Below, piece after piece: positions 1 to 9,153 of a DNA stretch of 64,000 nt. The stretch comes from Candidatus Omnitrophota bacterium (GTDB lineage: Bacteria > Omnitrophota > Gorgyraeia > Zapsychrales > Zapsychraceae). The stretch is taken from the NCBI GenBank assembly GCA_050250375.1, contig JBFWOS010000002.1:453149-517148 (forward strand). The letters run 5' to 3'. The notes beneath the pieces were generated by a model. It had not been told where the DNA came from. It saw only the letters and a list, made by a program, of their open reading frames with translations, and did not search any database. The translations under genes were made by a program, and so were the position numbers. How positions within the stretch are numbered: the first letter of the stretch is position 1; the number at the start of each line of letters is the position of its first letter.

Positions 1-187
1 GAAGTCGCGCCATATAGTTTTTTCGGGACGGAAGGGCAGCCAATATTACTCCTGTTTAAAATAATAATATTGTTATTATAAATAAAGTTAATGCGGTTGG
101 GTAATGGTATTCTTATTTTTTTGATCAGGAAGTGGTGCAGGGGTTTAGGGGGCCGGATATACATCTTTTTAGTCTGCAGAATTTCAA

Positions 188-640
188 TTATATGATTCTG
201 TACAGCCACCGTCTGGTCGACTTTTTGTAAAGAACGTAATCTTCACCGAACAGGTCTTCCATGATCTGTTCTTCCCGGGAGACATAGACCCGGTCAAAGA
301 TCAGTAACAGAGTGACCGGTACAAGGAAAAACGGCCAGGTCCCGATCAAAATACCGATCCCCGCGCACACAATCACCCCTCCCACATACATCGGATGCCG
401 GATCGTTTTGTAGATGCCTTCCTGGATGATTTTGACCGGCTGCTCGGCGCAGGATACCGGTGTTGCGGAGCTGATAAATAACTTGCGGGCCCAATAAATC
501 AGCGAACATCCGTCCACGATAAAAAAAAGGCCGATATAGTTGAACGGCGGGGTGACATAATACGCGGGTTTGGTCATAAAATGCAGCAGGATCGCGGTGA
601 AGAGCAGAGTATAGGCGATGTATTGCGGCCTGACCCTGGC
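188..640 (-). CDS. Isoprenylcysteine carboxyl methyltransferase (ICMT/PEMT) family membrane protein; true start uncertain
   Basis: Motifs GIYKTIRHPMYVG and REEQIMEDLFGEDYVLYKK..RRW, with hydrophobic helices. The called ORF start (829) lies inside tRNA-Gly, so the real start must be further downstream. Confidence 0.75.
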   Translation of the reverse strand, partial: ARVRPQYIAYTLLFTAILLHFMTKPAYYVTPPFNYIGLFFIVDGCSLIYWARKLFISSATPVSCAEQPVKIIQEGIYKTIRHPMYVGGVIVCAGIGILIGTWPFFLVPVTLLLIFDRVYVSREEQIMEDLFGEDYVLYKKSTRRWLYRII

Positions 641-769
641 CGGGTCAATCAGTGCGGGACGGTGTGTGTTTAATCTGTTCTTGGAAAATTTGATCCGGGC
701 CGCCTTTTTTACGGGTGCGGTCAGTAACGGAAGAACCGGTAAGCAGGTGCACACCCTTTGTGTGAGTCT

Positions 770-843
770 TGGAGCGGGTGAACGGAATCGAACCGTCGTA
801 TTAAGCTTGGGAAGCTTACATTCTGCCACTGAATTACACCCGC
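770..843 (-). tRNA. tRNA-Gly (CCC)
   Basis: Reverse complement GCGGGTGTAATTCAGTGGCAGAATG-TAAGC TT CCC AA GCTTA-...GGTTCGATTCC...CCCGCTCCA; encoded CCA end. Confidence 0.95.
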
Positions 844-906
844 ATATTGAGCATTTTAGGATAACGAGTAAAAATTACAACTAATTTTTTTCATTCCTGT
901 GATGTT

Positions 907-1197
907 CTATTTTTTGAGGATGAAAGATATACGCAGGTCTGCGCCGCAGGCTGTGGCAATTTTCTGAAGCAGGGATACGCTGTAACCCTGGTAATTATTG
1001 CTTTCATACCGTGAAATGGCGGATTTCGTCGTGTGGATTTTTTGGGCTAACTCTTCTTGAGTCAGGTGGGCTTTATGCCGTAATTCGGCGATCTTTTCGG
1101 AAATAACGAGATTTTTATATTCTTCTTCAAAATCTTCCCTGAAATTTTTATTTTCAAGAAGCTTGTCCGCGTATGTTTTGTTTTTACTGGTTTTCAT
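907..1197 (-). CDS. XRE-family HTH antitoxin (HigA-like)
   Basis: IAELRHKAHLTQEELAQKIHTTKSAISRYE helix-turn-helix; overlaps the end of the upstream toxin gene. Confidence 0.85.
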   Translation of the reverse strand: MKTSKNKTYADKLLENKNFREDFEEEYKNLVISEKIAELRHKAHLTQEELAQKIHTTKSAISRYESNNYQGYSVSLLQKIATACGADLRISFILKK

Positions 1198-1591
1198 AAT
1201 AACCGCTCTCTTTTATCCGGGATTCATAATCTTTTTTAAATCGGATGGCCTTACGCAATTCTCCGGGATTTACTTTTCGGCCTTTCTTCCGGTAAGCGTT
1301 CGTTATGATGATTCGATGATCCGCACAGAAGAAATTAAAAAAGCGTTCATCCTTGGGTTTAAATTCATAGATTTTTTCTTTCGGGTCAACCAGTCTGAAT
1401 TTTGACTCATCAAAGAGTTTGGCGTATTCGGCCATATATTTGACCAGGGCTAATAATTTGATTTTGACTTGATACTCTGAAGAATCAAAATATTCTTTGG
1501 CCGGCAATTCCCCTTTCTCAGTAAAATAAAATTCAACCTGGAATTTTTCTCCCGTGTAAAGAATATAATCTTCCGGTTTTGGTCTGCTCAT
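1184..1591 (-). CDS. RelE/ParE-superfamily (Gp49/HigB-like) type II toxin
   Basis: VEFYFTEKGELPAKEY...IYEFKP...RFFNFF...IIITNAYRKK pattern; toxin-first gene order with an XRE partner. Confidence 0.8.
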   Translation of the reverse strand: MSRPKPEDYILYTGEKFQVEFYFTEKGELPAKEYFDSSEYQVKIKLLALVKYMAEYAKLFDESKFRLVDPKEKIYEFKPKDERFFNFFCADHRIIITNAYRKKGRKVNPGELRKAIRFKKDYESRIKESGYYENQ

Positions 1592-1606
1592 GAACGACGC
1601 ACCTCA

Positions 1607-1635
1607 AGGTTAGCATATATGCTAACACGTGTCAA
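1607..1635 (-). promoter_or_regulatory. Sigma70 promoter with palindromic operator for the toxin-antitoxin operon
   Basis: TTGACA (1635-1630)-17 bp-TAACCT (1612-1607); perfect 18-bp palindrome GTTAGCATATATGCTAAC at 1609-1626 overlapping the spacer and -10. Confidence 0.75.
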
Positions 1636-1746
1636 TGTTAGACTTCCTGTTCAAGAAAATGGGTTTAAATCGGTTTTGTTTAGGAAAAGGGTTTATTAAA
1701 AGGATTTCTTGGGGGATATTCGTTATTATAAGGAGTTTTAGGATAA

Positions 1747-1797
1747 AGTCTACACTAATTTGTGTGGGGCGGATCAAAACACCACGCGCGTGGTGTT
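1747..1797. repeat. Direct repeat copy 1 (~51 bp) ending in palindrome AACACCACGCGCGTGGTGTT
   Basis: AGTCTACACTAATTTGTGTGGGGC-GGATCAAAACACCACGCGCGTGGTGTT, nearly identical to 2402-2453. Confidence 0.9.
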
Positions 1798-1842
1798 ATC
1801 GTTCGTCTCACAATGAATGCTGCCTTTTCCGGTGGGTGTCAG

Positions 1843-2317
1843 TCAATCCGAATGAAAACCGATTTTGCGTGTGGGTGAAATTGGCGGCGGTGTCATCAAC
1901 TGCCGGATGGCTTCAAAGACCATCCGGATATCACCGTCGTGTTTCGCCACTTTATTTTCCAGTTCAGCCAGTTTCAACCCAAGTTCTTTATTGGTAACAA
2001 CCATTTCTCTTAGCCGGACAAAAGCGCGCATGATTTGGATATTGACGCGGACGGCCCGTTTGCTTCTGAGAACACTGGAGAGCATCGCCACCCCAGCTTG
2101 AAGTCACAATTTGTGACTTCAAGTTTTTAAACTCCGCGTCGCTCAACTGGAACATAAAATCTTCAGGGAACCGGTTTAGATTGCGTTTAACCGACTGGAC
2201 TAAAACCTTGACTTCAACTTGATAAAGTCTGGCGAGATCCGGGCTAAGCATCACCTTATGACTGCGGACTATGAAAATTTTATGTTCGAGTAATTCTTGT
2301 GGGATAACATCGTTCAT
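1843..2317 (-). pseudogene. ORF6N-domain DNA-binding protein, frameshifted by an internal deletion
   Basis: N-terminal half ([15 protein letters not shown]...[10 protein letters not shown]...[12 protein letters not shown]) and C-terminal half ([28 protein letters not shown]...RKIGF) are in different frames; the usual RxxPYAFTEQG segment is missing. Confidence 0.85.
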
Positions 2318-2401
2318 GTTCCTCCTATGATCAGAGGAAATCGCGGGGGATCAATGTTGACCTGAAATGGACAAGTTCCATTATAAATGGTTTTTTGCTA
2401 T

Positions 2402-2456
2402 AGTCTACACCAATTTGTGCGGGGCCGGATCAAAACACCACGCGCGTGGTGTTTTG
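2402..2456. repeat. Direct repeat copy 2 with perfect 26-bp palindrome CAAAACACCACGCGCGTGGTGTTTTG (2431-2456)
   Basis: Direct comparison with 1747-1797. Confidence 0.9.
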
Positions 2457-2489
2457 GTCAGCAGAGGTGAAATGTTAAAGAATTATGTC

Positions 2490-3506
2490 TTACTTCTGTT
2501 CATTTTCGTGATGGAGCGCCTCTCCGATCTCTTCCACCGTAAACGTGAATTGGTAGCCGCGGTATTCAGGGGTGTTGCGGATGTTCCGGGGCACTAATTT
2601 TGTTTCCAGCTGTTCATATTGTTCCGGAACCAGGTCAAAGGACAGCGCGCCGGACGGTTTATCGTGTGTTGTGACCAGCACCGTGCCGGCGGGTATTGTG
2701 CATTCAAAGTTTCCAGGCGGCGGAAATTGTCGTTGCGCCGTACCGGTACGGACGGTATCGGCCGGGACTACGTACCGGTCCCCTTTTTTGATGACAAAAT
2801 CGTCCATGTCCAGTTTGGATACACGTTCAAGGGCCAGCGCGATCTCGCGGGCCTGCCGGCGGATGTCGTAAGAATAGGCCTTCAGGTCAAGGGAATTGAA
2901 GTACGCGGCCAGGTTGCCGTAATTCTCCCATCCGCTGTTTTCGCTGATCATTTCGGCCATCTGGTTTCCCAGTTCAAGGTACCCTCTTTTTTTGAGAGTC
3001 CCGCTCAATTCATCCGCCGCTGTGAGCGCCCGGGTGATATTCATGCCCTTGTGAAGTTTCGTCAGCGGATTTTCGAGGATGGTCACACCGATTTCCTGCG
3101 CCTTCTCTTTGTCCCTGAGCGGAAAGACCCTGATCCGCCAATCGCCGGCGCTTGAATCCTCCGTATTGAACGCCGGCACGCCGAATTTCTTCAGGGTGAA
3201 TTCGTTGTCTCTGGGCAAAAGAGCGTCGACATTGATGAGGTATTCCCATTCTTTAAGGCCTTTGCGGTGCAGTTCAACCACGAATGTCCCTGGCAGGGTC
3301 GCCGGATACGTGTGCGAGATTATGATCCTGATCCCCAGTTCTTCCCCCACCGTGTAGGTTGTTTGCGGGGATTCGAGCTTCAGTTCAAACGGTCCGTAGG
3401 AATCGGGTTCAGCGTACGTGCCGGTTAACGGGAAGGCAAACTGAAATAAAAACAGATGGAGAACGAAACAAACGGCGGTTTTGGGAAACGGACGGGTTAA
3501 AATCAT
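2490..3506 (-). CDS. Hypothetical exported protein
   Basis: 338-aa ORF with N-terminal signal peptide (…TGTYA|E) and GGAGG RBS; no family recognised. Confidence 0.7.
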   Translation of the reverse strand: MILTRPFPKTAVCFVLHLFLFQFAFPLTGTYAEPDSYGPFELKLESPQTTYTVGEELGIRIIISHTYPATLPGTFVVELHRKGLKEWEYLINVDALLPRDNEFTLKKFGVPAFNTEDSSAGDWRIRVFPLRDKEKAQEIGVTILENPLTKLHKGMNITRALTAADELSGTLKKRGYLELGNQMAEMISENSGWENYGNLAAYFNSLDLKAYSYDIRRQAREIALALERVSKLDMDDFVIKKGDRYVVPADTVRTGTAQRQFPPPGNFECTIPAGTVLVTTHDKPSGALSFDLVPEQYEQLETKLVPRNIRNTPEYRGYQFTFTVEEIGEALHHENEQK

Positions 3507-3568
3507 GCCTCCATTATATCACACATCATTTCATTACGCGTGTGAGGAAATGGGGTGTTTGAGCGATA

Positions 3569-3994
3569 TTATGATTTTGGGGTGTTTGTTTCGGCTGGAC
3601 GCGGGGCCCAGTTATTGAGGACCCATTGGATGTCGTGGATGCCGTACCAGTCCGGCAGGCTGCCGATGGATGGCGCGAATCCACGAGGGGCTAACGCTTC
3701 AAGCGGGATGAGAAAATTTTCCGGGACAGGCTGAATAATCATCCCCGAAGGTTCCGTCCCCTCACTGAGAACAGACAGATAAATCATGCTCACGGTGTGT
3801 GTGGTGACCCATCCCTGGATGTCGGACAGGATGGAATGTTCATCGGCAAAGGAACGGTCAAGGTCAGCGCTCTGGAGCGTGGCTGGAAAAGCATCTTCGG
3901 AACCGGCACCTGTTTCAAGCATCATGAGGGCCTGCGCCCGGGTGTTGATCAACAGCAGCAAGGTTAAAAATGTGAGCAAAAAAACTTTTCTCAT
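3569..3994 (-). CDS. Exported protein; paralog of the adjacent PEP-CTERM protein lacking the anchor
   Basis: Shares AQAL...TG.G, L.D..GW.TT.TVS.IYL and PDW.G.HD..WVL with 4098-4745. Confidence 0.75.
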   Translation of the reverse strand: MRKVFLLTFLTLLLLINTRAQALMMLETGAGSEDAFPATLQSADLDRSFADEHSILSDIQGWVTTHTVSMIYLSVLSEGTEPSGMIIQPVPENFLIPLEALAPRGFAPSIGSLPDWYGIHDIQWVLNNWAPRPAETNTPKS

Positions 3995-4097
3995 GAAACA
4001 AGGTTTTCCAGGTTGAACGATGAAGGAAAAATGAAAACGTATTCTATCAAATGAAATGATGTTGTCAAGACGACAAATTTAAAAGAGTTGAGTTAAA

Positions 4098-4745
4098 TCA
4101 GGCATATTTCCGTTTAAGAAATGCGCCGAGAATCCCGGAGGCAAACAACAAAGCACTGGCCGGTTCCGGGACGGTGGCCGTGATCCCCTGTATCCTTACC
4201 CCAAGGTCCAGGGCGTCATTTTCGTCAAAATTACCGATGACCAGGACCGGTAGAATAGAAATTCCCTCGAAAAAGGCCTCGTCATCCAAGGGATTCTGGG
4301 AAGGTCCGGGCATGCCGACATCTTGCGCGAGGTTAAATTGGACCCAATAATCCCCGGCGGCCAGGACCCATTCCACATCGTGGACCCCAAACCAGTCGGG
4401 CTCATTCCCCTGAGGAATATCAAAAGATTGTCCATAAATGGTGTCAAATGCAAAGGTTGATCCTCCCTCTGGGAGATCTTCGACAATCACGTTAGGAAGT
4501 TCTCCTCCATCTCGAAGAATACCGAGATAGATCGTGCTGACGGTGCGGGTGGTGAACCAGCCTTCCACATCGGTTAATGTGTAATCAAAGTCCAGATGGA
4601 ATTTGGCAAACAAAACAGCCGGGGTGCTTTGGAACTGGTTGTCATTTGGTCCGGGACCAGTGTCAACCAGTACCAGGGCCTGGGCGGATGCCGCGGTGAA
4701 TAGTGTTAAGAGAAGCACAAAAACAGAAACGAAGTTTTTTTTCAT
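4098..4745 (-). CDS. PEP-CTERM sorting-domain protein
   Basis: Signal peptide; C-terminal VPEPASALLFASGILGAFLKRKYA (PEP motif, TM helix, basic tail). Confidence 0.9.
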   Translation of the reverse strand: MKKNFVSVFVLLLTLFTAASAQALVLVDTGPGPNDNQFQSTPAVLFAKFHLDFDYTLTDVEGWFTTRTVSTIYLGILRDGGELPNVIVEDLPEGGSTFAFDTIYGQSFDIPQGNEPDWFGVHDVEWVLAAGDYWVQFNLAQDVGMPGPSQNPLDDEAFFEGISILPVLVIGNFDENDALDLGVRIQGITATVPEPASALLFASGILGAFLKRKYA

Positions 4746-4867
4746 GTCAGTCCCCTTTTAGACTTTTAAGCTGGATAAAGTGAAATTATCTTAACAAATT
4801 CCGTTTGGGAGTCAATAGGACAACAACGGACAAGGATGGGCAAAAGAATTACGCGGGTACACGTCCT

Positions 4868-5650
4868 TTATATAAGGCCTGAGCACAATCCCGCGCCGAG
4901 GATGATCAGCATGATCCCGACCAGGATCTGAACGGTATTCAGGGTCACTTTTTTCAAAAGTTTTTTCCCCCAGTAGGCCCCGATGAACGCGGAAATCGTG
5001 GCGGCCAGGACCAGTCCGCCGATATCGGTCATCATTTGAAATTTGGCGGCATAAAAACCGGCCCCGTAAACAGCCAGCCGGCCTAAATCCACCATCACCG
5101 CCAGGACGACATTGGTGCCGATAAATTCTTCCTTGCTGATCCCGGCCTTGATCAGAAACATTGACCGCAGCGCCCCCTGGTTTCCCGACAGCCCCCCGAA
5201 GAATCCCGATAACAGCCCGCCGACGGGCAGGTATTTTTCATCAATGGCCGTTTTCTGAAAGTGCGGACTCAGCTCGAGGGCCGAAAAAATAACAATGATC
5301 AGGCCGACGACCAGCTTGACCAGGGTGATCTCGCGTGTCTGCCCGCCGAATGAATAAGTATGGATCACGGGAAACGCGCTGAAAAAATTCAGCAAAGACG
5401 CCCCGGCCAGGGCCGCTATAATCGCGGGAATACCGAACCGGATCACGATCCGTTTATTGGCCGCGCGGCCGACCAGGAAAATCTTAAAGAGATTATTGGC
5501 GAGGTGAACAACGGCGGTGGCGCCCACCGCGACCGGAACCGGAAAAAACAAAACAAACACGGGCGTGAGGATTGTGCCCAGCCCGAACCCGGAGAAAAGC
5601 GTCAGTCCCGAGGCGACCAGCGCCACGGCGCATACGATTAAATATTCCAT
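4868..5650 (-). CDS. TSUP (TauE/SafE) family transporter
   Basis: SGLTLFSGFGLGTILTP and GLLSGFFGGLSGNQG motifs; multiple TM helices. Confidence 0.85.
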   Translation of the reverse strand: MEYLIVCAVALVASGLTLFSGFGLGTILTPVFVLFFPVPVAVGATAVVHLANNLFKIFLVGRAANKRIVIRFGIPAIIAALAGASLLNFFSAFPVIHTYSFGGQTREITLVKLVVGLIIVIFSALELSPHFQKTAIDEKYLPVGGLLSGFFGGLSGNQGALRSMFLIKAGISKEEFIGTNVVLAVMVDLGRLAVYGAGFYAAKFQMMTDIGGLVLAATISAFIGAYWGKKLLKKVTLNTVQILVGIMLIILGAGLCSGLI

Positions 5651-5676
5651 TTAAATTCTTTCGGATGGTTAATCAT

Positions 5677-6291
5677 TTATTTAATACTGCCGATGAATGT
5701 GAACAATCCCAGTATTCCAAACAAGAATAAACCAAGCATCCCGGCGCACATTGTGAGGTTGCACAGAAAACCAAGCAGAAATAGGGCCACCGATGTTTTT
5801 TGGGAATAGGCCCATCCCATGTTTCCGATTTCCGTTAAACGGATTGTTTTATTCTGAAAATCGGATATGGATGGCGGTATCTGACTCCCGGAAGCGTTTG
5901 AGAGAAAATCTTTGATCGCGCTTTCTTTTAAAGAAAGCAGTTCTGCTTCGGTTTCACTGATCCTATTTCCGGTTTTGTTTCTGGCCGTTTTTCCCTCGTC
6001 ACCGGTTGGTAACTGGGCAAGTTCCGCCTTCAGTTTTTCCAAATCGGATTCCAGACGGGCCGCTCCCTCCTGTGATTCAGGATTGAGGAATGACCGGTTC
6101 TTTAGAATGTTAAACGATTCGGCCGTGAGTTTACGGATATCACTTTTGAGCTGAATGCGTTCCTTGCTGATTTTTATGACCGGGCTGGAATTAATTCCGA
6201 TTTGTCCGAAAAGACCGACCAGAAAAAGAGCCAGGCTGATCCCGGTTGTAACCAGCCAGGAAACCAGTTTTTCTTTTAACGTCATTTCCAT
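5677..6291 (-). CDS. Hypothetical membrane protein
   Basis: N- and C-terminal TM segments around a coiled-coil region. Confidence 0.6.
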   Translation of the reverse strand: MEMTLKEKLVSWLVTTGISLALFLVGLFGQIGINSSPVIKISKERIQLKSDIRKLTAESFNILKNRSFLNPESQEGAARLESDLEKLKAELAQLPTGDEGKTARNKTGNRISETEAELLSLKESAIKDFLSNASGSQIPPSISDFQNKTIRLTEIGNMGWAYSQKTSVALFLLGFLCNLTMCAGMLGLFLFGILGLFTFIGSIK

Positions 6292-6312
6292 TCAGAAGCC
6301 CGGCTTTTTGGT

Positions 6313-8949
6313 TTAGTCCAGATTTTTCAAGACGTTCTGCAGTTCAGCAATTTCGTGTTCGATCGCCTTCAGCCGTTCCTGCTCTTTTTTGACCACATCG
6401 GCCGGGGCCTTGGCCAGAAAACTTTCATTCGAGAGCCGTTTTTCCAGCGAATCATAATTTTTGTTCAGGGTTTCAATCTGTTTTCGGATCCGTTCTTTTT
6501 CAGCGGCGATGTCAATAAAACTTCCCAGAGGCACAATGCATTTGATCCGGCCCACGATGGCCGTCGCGCAGTTGCTGATCCCGATCCCCTGGCTGATCAC
6601 GGAAATCTTGGAGATATTAGCCCGGGCCTTGATCATCGTCTCATTTTTGAAGATCCGGTCGGAATCTTCTTTGTCCGATTCGATATGGACGGTCAGGGCT
6701 TCTTTCGGGGAGATATTCCACGTGGCGCGGATGTTGCGCACGGCCACGACCAGGTCCATCACGGCCTGCATGTCGGCCTCGACCTGCGCATCAATAACCA
6801 GTTCATCCACTTTAGGCCAGTCCTGCCGGCAGAGCGGTCCCTTCTCTTTATTCAGATGTTCCCAGATTTCCTCGGTGACAAACGGGATAAACGGGTGCAT
6901 CATTTTCAGCGACTCTTCCAGGATCCGCACGATAAGATGCTGGACCGCGGGATCGTCCCACTGGTTCTTGATGATCTCCAGGTACCAGTCGCACAGGTTC
7001 GTCCAGAAAAATTCGTAAATGAGATGTTCGGCCTCGGAATAACGGAAACTCTCGATGGCGGCGCTGACATTTTTCAGGGTTGTGTAGAAACGGGAGACGA
7101 TCCATTTGCTGGCCAGGTCACCTTCAAGGGGAACAAGAAAGCCGGAGGCCGTTGATCTGCTCAGAGGGTCCCCGTCCCTGCTCAAATCCGGCCGGACGTT
7201 CATCAGGATTAACCGGGACGCGTTCCAGATCTTGTTGGCGAAGTTTCGTCCGACTTCAAAGTTGTCTTTAGAGATGTACAGGTCCTGTCCGGAATTGTGG
7301 ATCAGGGAAAACCGCAGCGCGTCCGCGCCGTATTCATCAACGATTTCCAGCGGGTCGATGGCGTTGCCCAGCGACTTGCTCATCTTGCGGCCCTGCGCGT
7401 CACGGACGGTCCCGTGGATAAAAACGTCTTTAAACGGCAGGTCGCCCATGAATTCATATCCGGCCATGATCATGCGCGCCACCCAGAAGAAAATGATTTC
7501 CGAAGCGGTGAACAGCGCGTCACCCGGATAAAAGAATTTCAGGTCATCGTTTTCTTTGGGCCAGCCGAAGGTCGCGAACGGCCACAGCCACGAGGAAAAC
7601 CACGTGTCGAGCACATCTTCGTCCTGACGGAGGATCTGTTTTCCGGAAAGCGTCATCGCCTCTTCCAGATTCTGCGCGGCGTAATGATTGCCGTTTTCAT
7701 CGTACCAGACCGGTATGCGGTGCCCCCACCAGATCTGCCGGGAAATACACCAGTCGCGGATGTTTTCCATCCAGTTCATGTAGACCTTTTCCCAGCGGGC
7801 CGGATGGATTTTAATTTTTCCGTTTTGGACGGCCTCGATGGCCGGCCGGGCCAGCGGTTCCATCCGCACAAACCACTGTTTGGACAGATAAGGTTCGATC
7901 ACGGAACGGCAGCGGTAACAATGTCCGACGGAATGCGTGTGGTCTTCCTGCTTGACAAAGGCCCCGTGTTTTTTCAGGGCGTCCAGGACCCCCTTGCGGG
8001 CGTCAAAGCGGTCCTGCCCTTCAAACGCTCCGGCGTGTTCGTTCATGGTGCCGTCTTCGTTCATCACACGGATAAATTTTAGATTATGCCGGCGTCCCAT
8101 CTCAAAGTCGTTGGGGTCGTGCGCGGGCGTGACCTTGACCGCGCCGCTGCCGAATTTCGGGTCAACGAACTCATCCGCGATGACCGGGATTTCGCGGTGC
8201 AACAAAGGCAGAACAAGAGTCTTTCCCAGCAGGCCTTTGTAACGTTCGTCGTCCGGATGGACCGCGACAGCGGTGTCCCCGAGCATGGTCTCCGGACGGG
8301 TGGTCGCGACCACCACAAACTGGTCCGGGTTGTCTTTAAAAGGATATTTAATGTGCGTGAGCGTGCCCTGTTTTTCCTCGTGTTCGCTTTCTTCGTCGGA
8401 CAAGGCGGTGCGGCAGCGCGGGCACCAGTTGATGATGCGTTCGCCCTGGTAGATCAGGTCTTTGCGGTAGAGTTCAATGAATACTTTTTTCACGGCCTCA
8501 CTGTAGCTGTCGTCCATGGTGAAGGCGGTGCGCGGCCAGTCGCAGGAGGCGCCGATCGCTTTTAACTGGTTGATGATCGTTCCGCCGTACTGCTGTTTCC
8601 AGTCCCACAGCCGCGCGAGCAGTTTTTCCCGGCCGACTTCATGGCGGTTGGTCCCTTCTTTGGCCAGTTGTTTCTCGACGACATTCTGGGTGGCGATCCC
8701 GGCGTGGTCGGTGCCCGGCATCCAGCAGGCCTCAAAACCGTTCATGCGTTTGTAACGGATGATGATGTCCTGCAGGGTGTTATTCAGCGCGTGCCCCATG
8801 TGCAGGATCCCGGTGACGTTCGGCGGCGGGATCGTGATCACGTACGGTTTTTTTCCGCTCGGCACCGCGTGAAAGCAATTGTTCTTTTCCCAGTAATCCG
8901 CCCATTTGGCATCGACGGATTTAAAATCAAAACGTTTATCTAGTTCCAT
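6313..8949 (-). CDS. valS: Valine--tRNA ligase
   Basis: PPPNVTGILHMGHA (HIGH motif), KMSKS, DWCISRQIWWGH, C-terminal coiled coil. Confidence 0.98.
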   Translation of the reverse strand: MELDKRFDFKSVDAKWADYWEKNNCFHAVPSGKKPYVITIPPPNVTGILHMGHALNNTLQDIIIRYKRMNGFEACWMPGTDHAGIATQNVVEKQLAKEGTNRHEVGREKLLARLWDWKQQYGGTIINQLKAIGASCDWPRTAFTMDDSYSEAVKKVFIELYRKDLIYQGERIINWCPRCRTALSDEESEHEEKQGTLTHIKYPFKDNPDQFVVVATTRPETMLGDTAVAVHPDDERYKGLLGKTLVLPLLHREIPVIADEFVDPKFGSGAVKVTPAHDPNDFEMGRRHNLKFIRVMNEDGTMNEHAGAFEGQDRFDARKGVLDALKKHGAFVKQEDHTHSVGHCYRCRSVIEPYLSKQWFVRMEPLARPAIEAVQNGKIKIHPARWEKVYMNWMENIRDWCISRQIWWGHRIPVWYDENGNHYAAQNLEEAMTLSGKQILRQDEDVLDTWFSSWLWPFATFGWPKENDDLKFFYPGDALFTASEIIFFWVARMIMAGYEFMGDLPFKDVFIHGTVRDAQGRKMSKSLGNAIDPLEIVDEYGADALRFSLIHNSGQDLYISKDNFEVGRNFANKIWNASRLILMNVRPDLSRDGDPLSRSTASGFLVPLEGDLASKWIVSRFYTTLKNVSAAIESFRYSEAEHLIYEFFWTNLCDWYLEIIKNQWDDPAVQHLIVRILEESLKMMHPFIPFVTEEIWEHLNKEKGPLCRQDWPKVDELVIDAQVEADMQAVMDLVVAVRNIRATWNISPKEALTVHIESDKEDSDRIFKNETMIKARANISKISVISQGIGISNCATAIVGRIKCIVPLGSFIDIAAEKERIRKQIETLNKNYDSLEKRLSNESFLAKAPADVVKKEQERLKAIEHEIAELQNVLKNLD

Positions 8950-8966
8950 AGGTTCATCTTATTTAG

Positions 8967-9141
8967 TTAAAAGTTTAAGGTGTAAGGTTTAAAGAGATGT
9001 TTTTTGATGGATAGAGAAAGATGAAAAGTAATTCTTTTAGATTGCACTGATTGAATTAACTCCATAAATTTTTTGATACAACTGACTTTTTTTTTTAATT
9101 TCTTCACCATTTTAAATTTTAAACCTTAAACTTTAAACCTT
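8967..9141. repeat. Inverted heptamer arrays (GTTTAA(A/G))n flanking a 47-aa AT-rich ORF (9110-8967, minus)
   Basis: 8971-8994 AAGTTTAAGGTGTAAGGTTTAAAG versus 9111-9141 TTTAAATTTTAAACCTTAAACTTTAAACCTT. Confidence 0.65.
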
Positions 9142-9153
9142 CTCCCGTTGTTG

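Noticed and set aside
1-13. Start of a minus-strand gene (ATG GCG CGA CTT) at the window edge
   Set aside because: Only four codons are visible, too little to support a call.
641-829. N-terminal extension of the methyltransferase ORF
   Set aside because: It overlaps tRNA-Gly(CCC) on the same strand and is an ORF-calling artefact.
1747-2456. CRISPR array or integron attC array
   Set aside because: Only two repeats about 655 bp apart, no cas or integrase gene, and no clear RYYYAAC/GTTRRRY ends.
770-2456. tRNA-Gly-anchored integrative element carrying the toxin-antitoxin module
   Set aside because: The accessory genes lie on the 5' side of the tRNA, and I found no duplicated tRNA 3' end or integrase.
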